From assembly GCA_965368975.1 (NCBI GenBank), contig CBDUPA010000004.1, positions 288,001 through 352,000 of the forward strand: a stretch of DNA of 64,000 bases, written 5' to 3'. This stretch comes from an uncultured bacterium. Lineage in GTDB: Bacteria; Acidobacteriota; Thermoanaerobaculia; Multivoradales; JAHZIX01. Below the pieces are notes generated by a model. The model worked only from the letters and a program-made list of their open reading frames with translations, was not told the origin of the DNA and made no database searches. Of the stretch, positions 46,974 through 57,819 are shown piece after piece; position 1 is the first letter of the stretch; each line of letters starts with the position of its first letter. The position numbers were made by a program, and so were the translations under genes.

Positions 46974-48083
46974 TCAGGGCTCTACCGTCCAGCCCACGGC
47001 CGAAGCCAGCAGTGGCAACAGCAGCAGCGCCAGGCCGGTGAGGGCGAAGGGCGGGAAGATCTCGCGGTACTCGACGTGCTCGCGCACCGTGCGCTCGGTG
47101 GTCTCGAGACGGTCGATCTCGGCGAAGATGCGGCGTAGGGCGTCGGGATCGCTGGCGAGGAAGAAGCGGCCACCGGTGTGGTCGGCGATGTGCTGCAGTA
47201 GTTCCTCGTCGACCTCCATGCGGGTGTAGACGCGCTCGACCTGGCGCTGGCCGGTGCGCGGGTCGACGTAGGTGCGTGGAACCGGTACCTGGCCGTCCGT
47301 GCCGACGCCGACGGTGTAGACCTTGAGGCCCAGGCCGCGGCAGAGCGAGGCTGCCGATCGCGGGTCGATCTCACCGCCGTTGTTGGCGCCATCGGTGACC
47401 AGTACGACGACGCGGGAAGTGGCATCGGAGGTGCGTAGGCGCGCCGCGGCGGTGGCCAGAGCGACGCCGATAGCGGTACCGTCCGGCAATGTTTCCAGCT
47501 GCACACCATCGACCATGCGTTGCAGCGCTGGGCCGTCGGTGGTCAGCGGTGAGCGGGTGACCGCGCTGCCGGCGAAGATCACCAAGCCGACACGGTCGCG
47601 CCGTGAGTCGGGGGCGAAGCGTGGTGTCCGGCTGCCGGGGTCCGCGGCCGTGGTGCTGGGGCCGCGGCCGCTGGCGGTGCGGCTGGCGACGAATTGCTTG
47701 ACCACGTCCTTGGCCACCGCCAGGCGGTTGCGTGGTTGGAAGTCTTCGGCAGCCATCGAACCGGAGACGTCGAGCGCGATCTGGATGTCGATGCCTTCGG
47801 TGGTGATCTCTTCCCAGGTCTGGCCCAGTTGTGGACGCGCCAGGGCGATGATGAGCAGCGCCAGCGCCAGCAGTCGGCAGTAGATGGGCAGGTGCAGCCG
47901 CCAAGCACCACCACTGCCGGCTGGCAAGCGGCTGTAGGTGAGGGCGGGCAGTCGGTCCCGGGTGGCGTGTCGATGGTGACGCCAGAGCAGCAATGGCACG
48001 GCGAGCAGGAGTAGCAACCACGCCGGATCGGCGAGCTGGGGTTGGCTCGCGGCGAGCAGGGAGCTGGGCGCGAGCAGGTTCAT
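46974..48083 (-). CDS. VWA domain protein BatA
   Basis: ALARPQ, DVSGSM, DRVGLVIFAG, GTAIG, TDGANN and TGGRFF. Confidence 0.9.
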   Translation of the reverse strand: MNLLAPSSLLAASQPQLADPAWLLLLLAVPLLLWRHHRHATRDRLPALTYSRLPAGSGGAWRLHLPIYCRLLALALLIIALARPQLGQTWEEITTEGIDIQIALDVSGSMAAEDFQPRNRLAVAKDVVKQFVASRTASGRGPSTTAADPGSRTPRFAPDSRRDRVGLVIFAGSAVTRSPLTTDGPALQRMVDGVQLETLPDGTAIGVALATAAARLRTSDATSRVVVLVTDGANNGGEIDPRSAASLCRGLGLKVYTVGVGTDGQVPVPRTYVDPRTGQRQVERVYTRMEVDEELLQHIADHTGGRFFLASDPDALRRIFAEIDRLETTERTVREHVEYREIFPPFALTGLALLLLPLLASAVGWTVEP

Positions 48084-49351
48084 GCCTCGGACCTCCTGGG
48101 TACCGCTGCCGCGGGGCTCTTGGGTCGCGTGGGGGGGCGCAGCTCACGGTCCAGGTTCTGCACCAGGCGCCGGGTCTCGCCGAGGCGGCGTCGCAGGTCC
48201 GCGGGATCGACGACAGCAGCCGCGAATTTGACGCGGTCGCAGGCGTGCAAGAGGTCGATGGTTTCGCGGCTGGTCTCGAGCCTCGGTCGGCGCAAGCGCC
48301 GGCGCTGGGTGTCGAGGTGGTGAACCACCTCGCGCGTCGTGCACTCGGTGGCGGCGAAGTCGAGGGTCCGGCCGAGGTACTGACGCAGGCCCCAGCTCAG
48401 CTTGACGTGAAAGGCCTCGGCGGAGGCTTCCTGGCGCAGCGCGTCGAGCAGGCTGAGCAGGTCGGCGAGGGCGCCGCCAGCCGTCGCCGCGGACTCGGCG
48501 GGTACGGGGCCTTGGCGCCACAGGTGCCCGGCCAGCAGGAGGCACGCGAGAGCGAGGACGGCGGCGGTCCACCAGAAGGGTCGGCCCAGCGGCAGTTGCA
48601 CCGGAGGGTGATAGGGGCGCGCTTCGAGACTGGCGGCTCCGTCTGCGGGACGGGCGTTGGTGTCGACCAGCTCGTCACCGCTGGTGAGCACTGAGCGAAT
48701 CTCCAGGCGCGCCGGTGGGGTCAGCAGCTCGACGTTGCCGAGCGGCAGCGGCAGCGGTGGCAGCTCGAGACTGCCGCTGCGGAAAACGGTGATGGTCACT
48801 TCGCGGCTCAGGCGGATGCGGCCTTCACTGCTGCTGCGACGGGTGGAGCCGGTGCGCAGGATCTCGGCGTCGCCCCAGGAGCTGCCGGCGTGCAAGGTTT
48901 CGGTCTCGAACGGGTCGGCCTCGAGACTGTCCGCCACCGCCTCGGGCACGCTGAGTGTCAGCGTTACAGGGATCGGGTCACCGACGGTGGGGGCATCCGG
49001 CTCGGCCTCGAGCCGCAGGCGCACACCGTTCTGTCCGGTAGACACGGCGCGGATCGTCGAGGTGTCCTCCTCGCGGTCTCCTCTGGTGGTGGCGGCAAGC
49101 GCTGCCGTTTCCGAGCCGTCGGCGGGGGGGCCTGCTGGTCGCGGGCCGGCGTTTCCGCGCGTCGTGCTGCTGGTGCTGGTGCCGGCGGCTCCGGTGCCGA
49201 GGCCGAAGTACGCGACCATCGCGACGCCGCCGAGCAACACGGCCATCAGGCCGGCCAGGATGGCCCACGGCAGCATCGCAGCCCGCAGCCTGTCGTCAGT
49301 CGTGCCGTGTGTGGCGGCGTTGTGTTGCGGGGTCTCGGAGCGAGTGGCCAT
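48080..49351 (-). CDS. Membrane protein of the Bat operon
   Basis: Start ATG 49351; two TM segments, TVGDPI, LRQYLGR...TTREV and DRVKFA. Confidence 0.75.
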   Translation of the reverse strand: MATRSETPQHNAATHGTTDDRLRAAMLPWAILAGLMAVLLGGVAMVAYFGLGTGAAGTSTSSTTRGNAGPRPAGPPADGSETAALAATTRGDREEDTSTIRAVSTGQNGVRLRLEAEPDAPTVGDPIPVTLTLSVPEAVADSLEADPFETETLHAGSSWGDAEILRTGSTRRSSSEGRIRLSREVTITVFRSGSLELPPLPLPLGNVELLTPPARLEIRSVLTSGDELVDTNARPADGAASLEARPYHPPVQLPLGRPFWWTAAVLALACLLLAGHLWRQGPVPAESAATAGGALADLLSLLDALRQEASAEAFHVKLSWGLRQYLGRTLDFAATECTTREVVHHLDTQRRRLRRPRLETSRETIDLLHACDRVKFAAAVVDPADLRRRLGETRRLVQNLDRELRPPTRPKSPAAAVPRRSEA

Positions 49352-49353
49352 GC

Positions 49354-50358
49354 TCAGCGCCTCCGTCGCATGCGTTTGCGCCGGGCTTCGAAGAAGGCCA
49401 ACAGGGAGGGCAGATACGGCCGGTCGGTGCGCAGCTCGATATGGTCGGCGCCGAGGCGCCGGGTCAGTCGTCGTAGCTCGCCGCGCCGCTGCCGCCGCAA
49501 CTCCGCGTGCTCGCGCGCCAGGACTCGACCGTGCACGACGGCGGTGCGACCGTCCTCGGCGTCGCGCAGCAGGACCGGCGCGACGGCGGGGAGATCGTCG
49601 TCGAGCGGGTCGAGTAGTTCGACTACCACCAGGTCGTGGCGCGCCGCCGCCGCGCGCAGGGCGCGGCGCGGTAGTTCCGGACTGCCGGGAGCGGGTAGGA
49701 AGTCGGAGATGACGAACAGGACCGCGCGCCGTCGCAGTTGGCGCAGGGCGTCGCTGAGGCCCTTGCTGAAGTCGTCGCCGACACCGTCGCGGATCTCGCT
49801 GCCGGAGCCGGTCTCGAGCGAAGCTGCCGGCTGCGATCGGTAGGCGAGCACGTCGCGCACCATGCGCAGCACATGGTTGCGGCGGCGCTTGGGCTTGAGG
49901 AGCTGGCGCAAGGAGTCGTCGAGCAGCGCCGCGCCGACGCGATCCCCGTTGCGCAGAGCGGCGAAGGCGAGCAGGGCGGTCAGTTCGGCGGCCAGTTCGC
50001 GCTTGAGCACCGCGCGCGAGCCGAAACCAAGGCTGCCGGAGACGTCGAGAGCGAGGAACAGCGTCAAGTCCCGCTCTTCGACGTATTGCTTGACGTACGG
50101 TGCACCCATGCGGGCGGTGACGTTCCAGTCGAGCGTACGGTGGTCGTCGCCTGGCTGATACGGGCGCACCTCGGCGAAGTCCATGCCGCGACCGCGGAAT
50201 ACTGAGTGGTAGTCCCCTGCCAGGCCCTGCTCGACCAGGTGGTCGGTGACCAGCTCGATCTGACGCACCTTGCGCATCAGGTCGCGCGGCAGCGGCGCGG
50301 TGTCGTCCTCTGCCTGGGGTACTGTCGGTGAGCCCCAGAAGTTCCTCCACCAGCTCAT
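49354..50358 (-). CDS. DUF58 domain protein
   Basis: FRGRGMDFAEVRPYQPGDD, DWNVTAR, EERDL, DVSGS and ISDF. Confidence 0.93.
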   Translation of the reverse strand: MSWWRNFWGSPTVPQAEDDTAPLPRDLMRKVRQIELVTDHLVEQGLAGDYHSVFRGRGMDFAEVRPYQPGDDHRTLDWNVTARMGAPYVKQYVEERDLTLFLALDVSGSLGFGSRAVLKRELAAELTALLAFAALRNGDRVGAALLDDSLRQLLKPKRRRNHVLRMVRDVLAYRSQPAASLETGSGSEIRDGVGDDFSKGLSDALRQLRRRAVLFVISDFLPAPGSPELPRRALRAAAARHDLVVVELLDPLDDDLPAVAPVLLRDAEDGRTAVVHGRVLAREHAELRRQRRGELRRLTRRLGADHIELRTDRPYLPSLLAFFEARRKRMRRRR

Positions 50359-50395
50359 GGCCAGCTCCTCGAGGTCGTGCGGCTCGCTGCGGACG

Positions 50396-51469
50396 TCACG
50401 GCACGCGCACGCGCTGCAGCAACCGCTCGATCAACTGGTCAGGGGTGACTTCGTCCGCCTCCGCCTCGTAGGTGGGGACGAGGCGGTGGCGCAGCACGTC
50501 CGGCGCGATCTCCTTGACATCCTCCGGCAAGACAAACGTGCGGCCTCGGACCAGCGCCATCGCCTTGGCGGCCCGCGCCAAGAACAGCGTCGCGCGCGGC
50601 GAGGCGCCGAAAGCGATCAGGTCGGCGAGGTCGGCCAGGCCGGCGCGCTCCGGATTACGGGTGGCGAGCACCAAGTCGAGGATGTAGTTGCGGATCTTGG
50701 GATCCAAGCGAACCGCGTCGGCAGCCCGTCGCAGCGTCAGCAGACCCTCGGCGTCGAGCACCGCCTCGACTTGCAGCTTGGCCGGCCGCTCGACCAGCAG
50801 GCGATCGAGGATCTCGGCTTCTTCGGCGCGGCTCGGGTAGTCGAGGTGCAGCTTGAGCATGAAGCGGTCCACCTGCGCTTCGGCCAGCGGGTAGGTGCCT
50901 TCCTGCTCGATCGGGTTCTGCGTCGCCATGACCAGGAACGGCTCGGGCAAGGTGTGCGTGGTGTCCCCGAGCGTCACTTGCTTCTCTTCCATGCACTCGA
51001 GTAGCGCGCTCTGTACCTTGGCGGGAGCACGATTGATCTCATCGGCCAGCAGCAGGTGGGTGAACACCGGTCCTTTGTGCGGCTTGAAGGTGCTCTTGCG
51101 CTGGTCGTAGATCAGGGTGCCGACGAGGTCGGCGGGCAACAGGTCCGGAGTGAACTGGATGCGCTGGAAGTCGAGGTGTTGGCTGGCGGCCAGGGTCTTG
51201 ACGGTCAACGTCTTGGCCAGGCCGGGCACGCCTTCGATCAGGGCGTGGCCGCGCGCCAGCAAGACGACGAAAAGGCGGTCGAGGAGGTAGTCCTGGCCGA
51301 CCAGGACGCGCCGCACCTCGGTCTCGACGCGCTGCAGTTGCTCGATGTGCTCTTCGAGCTTGTCTTCCAGCTCGCGGCTCTGGGCTTCCGCCGATGCCTC
51401 TATCTCGAGGTCGGCGGCGTCGGGGCTGGGCTGGGTCTTGGATTTGCGGGTAGCGGGGCGCTGGCTCAA
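50396..51469 (-). CDS. moxR: MoxR-family AAA+ ATPase
   Basis: EGVPGLAKT, RIQFTPDLLPAD, DEINRAPAKVQSALLE, ATQNPIEQEGTYPL and GASPRA. Confidence 0.96.
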   Translation of the reverse strand: MSQRPATRKSKTQPSPDAADLEIEASAEAQSRELEDKLEEHIEQLQRVETEVRRVLVGQDYLLDRLFVVLLARGHALIEGVPGLAKTLTVKTLAASQHLDFQRIQFTPDLLPADLVGTLIYDQRKSTFKPHKGPVFTHLLLADEINRAPAKVQSALLECMEEKQVTLGDTTHTLPEPFLVMATQNPIEQEGTYPLAEAQVDRFMLKLHLDYPSRAEEAEILDRLLVERPAKLQVEAVLDAEGLLTLRRAADAVRLDPKIRNYILDLVLATRNPERAGLADLADLIAFGASPRATLFLARAAKAMALVRGRTFVLPEDVKEIAPDVLRHRLVPTYEAEADEVTPDQLIERLLQRVRVP

Positions 51470-51571
51470 GGAAATCCTCCGGCGGGTCGCGGTCGGCAGT
51501 TCGCTGATTGTAACGGAAAGGTCTGATAGGTTGCCGTCGTGGCGTCTTCACCTCACTTTCGCGATGCCGTC

Positions 51572-52411
51572 ATGGCCCGCCGTGTCCGCGCAGGTCGCGG
51601 GCCCGTGCTGCGCAAGTCCTTAGGGCAGCACCACTTGGTGGATGGCAAGTTGTGCCGCCCGCTGGTCGAGTTTCTCGGTGAGGACAGGCAGTTCCCTGGC
51701 CTGGTTGTGGAGATCGGCCCGGGTGGCGGTGTTCTGACGCGCGAGTTGCTGGCGACCGGTGCCCGGGTGGTCGGTTGGGAGTTGGACGCCGCCTGGGCCG
51801 CCGAGCTGCCGCGGCGCCTGGGGGCCACGCTCTGCCGCAGGCTGAAGCTCGTGGTCGCGGACGCTCTCGAGTTGCCGTGGACGCGGTTGCCGGCGCAGAC
51901 GCTGGTGGCTGGCAATCTACCGTACAACGTCGCGACGGTGCTCCTGCGGCGCATGCTGGAGCAGGCCGGCACCCGCGTCGCGCGCGCCGGAGTGCTGGTG
52001 CAACGCGAGGTGGCCCAGCGACTGGCCGCCGAGCCGGGCGGTCGAGACTACGGTGCGCTCAGTGTACTGGTGGCGGCGCGCGCGGACGTGCGCATCTTGG
52101 GCCGTGTCAAGCCTGGGAGCTTTCGACCACCGCCCAAGGTCGAGTCGGCGTTTGTCGGCCTGGTGCCCAAGGAGCCACCGCTGCCGGAGTTCGAGATGGG
52201 GTCCTTCACGGCTACAGTGCACGCTGCCTTTGCGCAGCGGCGCAAGAAGTTGCGCAACGCCCTGGCGGTCACAGGCTGCAGCAAGCCGCAAGTGGAACAA
52301 GCGCTCGACAGCGCGGGTCTGGACGCCGAGGCACGGGCGGAGCAGCTGTCCTTGCGCGACTTCGTGCGCCTGCACCAGGAGCTGCGCTTGGTGCGTCGAG
52401 CCGATCAATGA
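51572..52411 (+). CDS. rsmA: 16S rRNA A1518/A1519 dimethyltransferase
   Basis: KSLGQH, EIGPGGGVLT, NLPYNV, QREVA, SFRPPPKVES and QRRKKLRN. Confidence 0.95.
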   Translation: MARRVRAGRGPVLRKSLGQHHLVDGKLCRPLVEFLGEDRQFPGLVVEIGPGGGVLTRELLATGARVVGWELDAAWAAELPRRLGATLCRRLKLVVADALELPWTRLPAQTLVAGNLPYNVATVLLRRMLEQAGTRVARAGVLVQREVAQRLAAEPGGRDYGALSVLVAARADVRILGRVKPGSFRPPPKVESAFVGLVPKEPPLPEFEMGSFTATVHAAFAQRRKKLRNALAVTGCSKPQVEQALDSAGLDAEARAEQLSLRDFVRLHQELRLVRRADQ

Positions 52412-52561
52412 TATGATATGCCGACATTTAGCTATCGCTTCCTGAGCATGCTAAAAACCTTTCAACTCCTTCGACACGACTTCCCCGGCAGTCCGATTCT
52501 CTAGAAGGGCCGGTTACGGAGATCGCCGGTTGCCGAAGACGACGACAAGAACGATCACAGC

Positions 52562-55330
52562 ATGGCCGACCCGGACGACGACAAGATTCCCACAGCTACC
52601 GACGGCGTTGGTGATGCCGACACCGCGGTCAAGCCGAAGCGCCGCAAGAAGGCGGGCGCCACGGCTGGGACGCGTGCGCGCAAAGCCGGTGGCGAGAGAA
52701 TTGCCAATGAGGCTGGCGCGGGATCGCCTCAGGGTTCGCCGCGGGTGCGGCCGCTGGCACCCGAGAAGGGACGCGAACTCCTCGGTATCCTGATGCTCGT
52801 CGCTGGCGTCATGCTCTTGGCCAGTTTGCTGACCTACCATCCCGACGACGCCAGCTGGTTCCGTGCTGGGGGAACGAGCGAGGGTACATCCAACCTGATC
52901 GGACCGGTCGGTGCTCAAGTTTCCGCCCTGGCGTTCGAACTGGTGGGTCTGACGTCCTTCGTCTTCGTGGTCTTGTTGCTGGTGGCGGGGGTTCGCCGCT
53001 GGCGGCAACGTAGCGCGGAGACCGACCTGTGGCGCATCTGCGGCTTGGTCTTGCTGTTCACGTCGCTGCCGGGATTGACGCAGCTGCTGTTAGGTGAGAT
53101 CAGCTGGCGCGGCCGGGACATCGCGACTGGCGGTGCGCTGGGCACCTTGCTCGATCGCTTCCTGCAGGCTCAGGTCGGCTTCCTCGGTGGTTTCTTGTTG
53201 CTAGTCCTGACCCTCGCCGCCGGTGTTTCGCTGGTCGTGCAGACGACGCTCAACGAGATGTGCTTGCGGCTGTGGCAACGCAGCCAGGACCTGCTCCAGG
53301 ACTGGCACTTGTCTCGTGAACGACGCCAGGAGCGTAAGCACAAGGAGCAGGCGCGCGAGCGCGTCTTGCGCAAGCACCTGCAGCGCACGGCGTCGGGCGG
53401 TCCTGCGCGCTATGGGAAAGAAGCGGATTCGGAGTTGGGCTTGGAAGAGGCAGGCGCCCAGGAGGGTGGTTTCCCATTCGAAGGTTCTCCCGTCGAGTTG
53501 CGTGCACCAGCGCCGGTAATGCCGCTGCGCGTCACCGAGCGCAAGGGGCCGGGGAGTTTCTCCGTACGGCGTGTACGCGTAGGAGACGTCGACGACGGGT
53601 TCGAGGGCGATGGTGCCGATCGCGTCGTGCCGTTCCCGGTGCCGGAGTCGACATCGCCAGCGCGAATCCCCGCGGCTGAGGAGGGCAGCGCTCCACGAGC
53701 ACCAGACACGCCGCCGCCGCGAATGCCGACGCCGAGTCCACGGAGATCGAGTCAGCCGGCCGCCGCGCCTGCGACCAGCAAGCCGCGGGGTCAACAGCGC
53801 CTGGTGTTCGCCAAGGACGGTGCCGAGCCCGGTCTGCCGCCGGTCAACCTGCTGCAACTGACGGACGAAGACGCGTTGGTGGACGAGAACGAGCTGGTCC
53901 GCCAGGGTGAGACGATCCGTGCCCGCTGCGCCGAATTCGGGGTCGAGGGCACGGTGGTCAGCATCAATCCGGGGCCGGTGATCACCGTCTTCGAATTCCA
54001 GCCGGCACCGGGCGTCAAAGTCAGTCAGATCGTCAACCTGCAGGACGAGCTGGCGATGGCTCTGCGCGCCGACTCCGTACGTATCGATCGCCTGGCCGGC
54101 CGTTCGACGCTCGGCATCGAGGTGCCCAACAAGCAGCGCGCCATTATCCACCTGGGGCCGCAGCTGGAAAACGAGAGTTTCCACAAGTCGCACTCGCCGC
54201 TGACCCTGGCACTGGGTGTCGACATCGGTGGCCGCCCGGTGTTCACCGACCTGGCGACCATGCCGCACCTGATCGTCGCTGGTGCCACGGGCGCCGGCAA
54301 GAGCGTCGGCCTGCAGACCATGATCACGTCGATCCTCTACAAGGCCACGCGCGAAGACGTGCAGTTCATCTTCATCGATCCCAAGCGCATCGAGTTGGGG
54401 GTCTACGCTGACATTCCGCACCTCAAGACCGAGGTGGTGGTCGATCCCAAGAAGGCAGCCAACGCGCTGCAGTGGGCGGTCGCCGAGATGGAGCGTCGCT
54501 ACCGTCTGCTGGCCGAAGTGCACGTGCGCTCGATCGCCTACTACAACCAGGCGATCCAGGATCCGGAAGTGCAGAAGCGTCTGTCGCTGTCCGACGACGA
54601 CGAGGCTGCGCCGACGCCGCAGGATCTCAAGAAGCTGCCCTATTACGTCATTGTCATCGACGAGCTGGCCGACTTGATGATGGTCTCGTCCTCCGAGGTC
54701 GAGACCTGTATCGCGCGCCTGGCGCAGATGGCGCGTGCCGTCGGCATCCACCTGATCATCGCCACGCAGCGGCCGTCGGTCGACGTGCTTACCGGCACCA
54801 TCAAGGCCAACTTCCCCTGCCGTATTGCCTTCGCTACGGCCACCCGCCACGACTCGCGAACCATTCTCGACCAAGTGGGGGCGGAGAAACTGTTGGGCAA
54901 AGGCGATATGCTGTTCATGCCGCCCGGCACCTCGCGCGTGCGGCGCCTCCACGGCGCCTACATCAGCGAGCAGGAGACGGCGGCCTTGATCCGCTGGTTG
55001 AAGAAGCAGGGCAAGCCGGAACTGGATCCGGACGTCCTGAAGGGGACGGACAACGGCAAGGGTGGCGCTGGCGGCGGCGAAGACAACGACGACGAGCTGT
55101 ACGACGAGGCCGCCCGCCTGGTGGTGGCCGAGGGGCAGGCGTCAGCGAGCTTCCTGCAGCGTCGCCTGCGTGTTGGCTTCTCGCGGGCCGCCCGCCTGAT
55201 CGACATCATGGAGCGCGACGGCCTGCTCGGGCCGCCGCAAGGCTCCAAGCCGCGGGAAGTTCTGGTGCCGCCTGGCTACTTCGAAGAGATCGACCGCGCC
55301 CGCCACGACGACGAGAACTACAATCCGTGA
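52562..55330 (+). CDS. ftsK: DNA translocase FtsK
   Basis: N-terminal TMs, MPHLIVAGATGAGKSV, IDELADL, ATQRPSVDV, AEKLLGKGDML and gamma domain LQRRLRVGFSRAARL. Confidence 0.97.
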   Translation: MADPDDDKIPTATDGVGDADTAVKPKRRKKAGATAGTRARKAGGERIANEAGAGSPQGSPRVRPLAPEKGRELLGILMLVAGVMLLASLLTYHPDDASWFRAGGTSEGTSNLIGPVGAQVSALAFELVGLTSFVFVVLLLVAGVRRWRQRSAETDLWRICGLVLLFTSLPGLTQLLLGEISWRGRDIATGGALGTLLDRFLQAQVGFLGGFLLLVLTLAAGVSLVVQTTLNEMCLRLWQRSQDLLQDWHLSRERRQERKHKEQARERVLRKHLQRTASGGPARYGKEADSELGLEEAGAQEGGFPFEGSPVELRAPAPVMPLRVTERKGPGSFSVRRVRVGDVDDGFEGDGADRVVPFPVPESTSPARIPAAEEGSAPRAPDTPPPRMPTPSPRRSSQPAAAPATSKPRGQQRLVFAKDGAEPGLPPVNLLQLTDEDALVDENELVRQGETIRARCAEFGVEGTVVSINPGPVITVFEFQPAPGVKVSQIVNLQDELAMALRADSVRIDRLAGRSTLGIEVPNKQRAIIHLGPQLENESFHKSHSPLTLALGVDIGGRPVFTDLATMPHLIVAGATGAGKSVGLQTMITSILYKATREDVQFIFIDPKRIELGVYADIPHLKTEVVVDPKKAANALQWAVAEMERRYRLLAEVHVRSIAYYNQAIQDPEVQKRLSLSDDDEAAPTPQDLKKLPYYVIVIDELADLMMVSSSEVETCIARLAQMARAVGIHLIIATQRPSVDVLTGTIKANFPCRIAFATATRHDSRTILDQVGAEKLLGKGDMLFMPPGTSRVRRLHGAYISEQETAALIRWLKKQGKPELDPDVLKGTDNGKGGAGGGEDNDDELYDEAARLVVAEGQASASFLQRRLRVGFSRAARLIDIMERDGLLGPPQGSKPREVLVPPGYFEEIDRARHDDENYNP

Positions 55331-56364
55331 ACATCGAGCGAATCCTCTTTTTCGGTACCCCGGAATTCGCGGTACCGACCCTGGAGGCGTTGGTTGCTGC
55401 TGGCCGCCGGCCGATGCAGGTGATCACGCAGCCGTCCCGCCGTGCTGGTCGTGGCAAGCGCCTGCAGCCGCCGCCGGTGGCAGTCGCCGCGCAGCGACTG
55501 GAGTTGCCGGTGGTGCAGCCGGCCAAAGTCAAGGCCCCGGAGTTCCTGGCCGCCGTCGAAGCCTGGCAGCCGGACGTCGCGGTGGTGGTCGCCTTCGGGC
55601 AGATCTTCCCGCGGCGCCTGTTGGCGTTGCCAAAGGCCGGCTGCATCAACCTGCACGCCTCGTTGCTGCCGGCATGGCGTGGTGCCGCACCGATCCAAGC
55701 GGCCATCGCCCACGGGGATGCGACCACTGGCGTGTGCACCATGCAGATGGAGGCGGGGCTCGACAGCGGCCCGTCGTTGCTGTGCGCCGAGACGCCGATC
55801 GGTGTCTCCGAGACGGCCGAGGAACTCTCTGAGCGCTTGGCGTGCTTGGGCGCCGAACTGACGGTGCGTACGCTCGACGCCCTGGAAGCCGGTGACCTGA
55901 CACCAAAGCCGCAGGACGACGCGCGGGCAACCTACGCGCCGCGCATCCAGAAGTCGGATGGAGTCGTCGACTGGAACCTGTCGGCGCGCGAGTTGTTCAA
56001 CTGTCTTCGTGCCTTCACTCCCTGGCCGGGACTGACCGCGCGTCTCGGGGACAAGCCCGTACGCCTGGGCTGGGCGCGTGTCTTGACCGGTGAGGACGCG
56101 GTGATCCCCAGCGATATGGCCGGGGCTCCCGCCGGCACGCTCCTCGGTCTGCGCGGCGACGATCCACCGTGTCTTGCAGTCGTGTGCGGTCCGGCCGGTA
56201 CTGGCACCAGCGCGCGCGGCGTGCTGGGTCTGGAAGAAGTGCAGCGTCCAGGTAAACGCGCCTTGCCGGCCGCCGATTTCTGGAACGGCGAACGGTTGCA
56301 TGCCGGTGATCGCTTCGACGTGCCCGCTAGCGGAACTTCCCAGGCGCCGGCCGGGGACGGCTGA
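55327..56364 (+). CDS. fmt: Methionyl-tRNA formyltransferase
   Basis: GTG 55327; FFGTPEFA, VVAFGQI, NLHASLLPAWRGAAPI and LDSG. Confidence 0.96.
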   Translation: MNIERILFFGTPEFAVPTLEALVAAGRRPMQVITQPSRRAGRGKRLQPPPVAVAAQRLELPVVQPAKVKAPEFLAAVEAWQPDVAVVVAFGQIFPRRLLALPKAGCINLHASLLPAWRGAAPIQAAIAHGDATTGVCTMQMEAGLDSGPSLLCAETPIGVSETAEELSERLACLGAELTVRTLDALEAGDLTPKPQDDARATYAPRIQKSDGVVDWNLSARELFNCLRAFTPWPGLTARLGDKPVRLGWARVLTGEDAVIPSDMAGAPAGTLLGLRGDDPPCLAVVCGPAGTGTSARGVLGLEEVQRPGKRALPAADFWNGERLHAGDRFDVPASGTSQAPAGDG

Positions 56365-56370
56365 CGTAGC

Positions 56371-57819
56371 ATGCCGCGCCGTGCTTCCAACCGTGCCTCG
56401 CGGGGTGGCCGCGTGCCACGCCAAGTAGGCCCCAATCGTCGCCAGACGGTGCGGGGCCGCACGCCTCAGGACAACGTGCGCGTGGCGGCGGCCTGGGTGC
56501 TGGAGCGGACCCTGGCATCATTGTCACCGGTGGGTGCCTTCCTCGGTACCGTCCTCGAGCGTTATGACGAGCGAGACCAGGGGCTGCTGCGTGAGCTGGT
56601 TTTCGGCACCCTGCGCTGGATGCGGCGGCTCGACCACGTCATCGAGATCGCCGCTGGCCGCTCCCTGGACAAGATCGAACCGGTGCTACATGCGCCGCTA
56701 CGAGTCGCAGTGTACCAACTCTTGTTCCTCGATCGTGTGCCCGCGCATGCAGCCGTGCACGAAGCGGTCGAACAGGCGCATGCGCTGAGTCATCGTGGTG
56801 CTGCCAGCTTTGTCAACGCCGTCCTGCGCCGTATCGCCCGCGAATCGCAACTCTCGGCCTGGCCGGTACGGGAATCCGACCCGGTGCGCCGGCTGGGGAT
56901 CGAGCTCAGTCACCCGGACTTGCTGGTGTCTCGCTGGTTGGAAACGTACGGTGCGCAGGAGACGGAGCGTTTGCTGCGCGCCAACAACCAAGCCAAGCCG
57001 CTGCAACTGCTCGCGTTCCGCCATCGCGGCGGGCGTGAGTTGCTGGCTGAATCTCTGATCGACGCTGGCCTCGACGTGGAGCCGTCGGCCTTGTCGTTGG
57101 TCGGGCTGACCGTGCGTCGGGGCAACCCGCTGAACACCGACGCCTTCCGGCGCGGTGAGTTCTACATCCAGGACGAAGTCAGCCAAATGGCAGCCCTGCT
57201 GCCGCCGCCCAAGCCCGGGGAGCGCATTCTCGACGCCGCCGCGGCGCCGGGTGGCAAGAGCTTCGCGCTCAAGGCCTGGGAGCCGGACGTCGACGTCCTG
57301 TTGGCCGACGTGTCGCTTGACCGCATCGGCCGCCTGCGCGCCAACCTGCGACGGCTCGAGCTCGACTTGCCAGTGCTGGTCGCCGATGCCGGCGCACCGC
57401 CGTTCGCGCGTGGTCCAGGCGCCAGAGAGTGCGACCGCTTCGATCGCGTCGTTCTCGATCTACCGTGCAGCGGCACCGGCACGCTACGGCGCAAGCCGGA
57501 GCTGAAGTGGCGGTTGAGTGCTGGTGAGATCGGTCGCCTGGCGAGCAGTGGCCTGCGTTTGCTCGAAGGTTGCGCGCCCTTGGTGCGGCCCGAGGGGCTC
57601 CTGGTGGCCATCACTTGTTCGGTGGAAGCGGAGGAGAACGAGGCGGTCGTCTCGCGTTTCCTTTCGAAGCATCCCGAGTGGCGTCCGTATCCCTTGGAGA
57701 CGACAGTTCCCCAGCCGCTCCAAACGGCTATCGCTGGGCCAGGGTTTTGGCGTATGCTCCCCGGCGACGATCACGACGGCTTCACGGTACACGTGATGAG
57801 CCGTCGCGGCACTGAATAA
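56371..57819 (+). CDS. rsmB: 16S rRNA m5C967 methyltransferase
   Basis: NusB-like N-terminus (FVNAVLR), IQDE, AAPGGK, DLPCSGTG and TCSVEAEENE; follows fmt. Confidence 0.92.
   Translation: MPRRASNRASRGGRVPRQVGPNRRQTVRGRTPQDNVRVAAAWVLERTLASLSPVGAFLGTVLERYDERDQGLLRELVFGTLRWMRRLDHVIEIAAGRSLDKIEPVLHAPLRVAVYQLLFLDRVPAHAAVHEAVEQAHALSHRGAASFVNAVLRRIARESQLSAWPVRESDPVRRLGIELSHPDLLVSRWLETYGAQETERLLRANNQAKPLQLLAFRHRGGRELLAESLIDAGLDVEPSALSLVGLTVRRGNPLNTDAFRRGEFYIQDEVSQMAALLPPPKPGERILDAAAAPGGKSFALKAWEPDVDVLLADVSLDRIGRLRANLRRLELDLPVLVADAGAPPFARGPGARECDRFDRVVLDLPCSGTGTLRRKPELKWRLSAGEIGRLASSGLRLLEGCAPLVRPEGLLVAITCSVEAEENEAVVSRFLSKHPEWRPYPLETTVPQPLQTAIAGPGFWRMLPGDDHDGFTVHVMSRRGTE

Noticed and set aside
43237-51469. 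MoxR-DUF58-VWA-TPR-BatD operon as a novel system
   Set aside because: It matches the known, widespread Bat/MoxR operon organisation.
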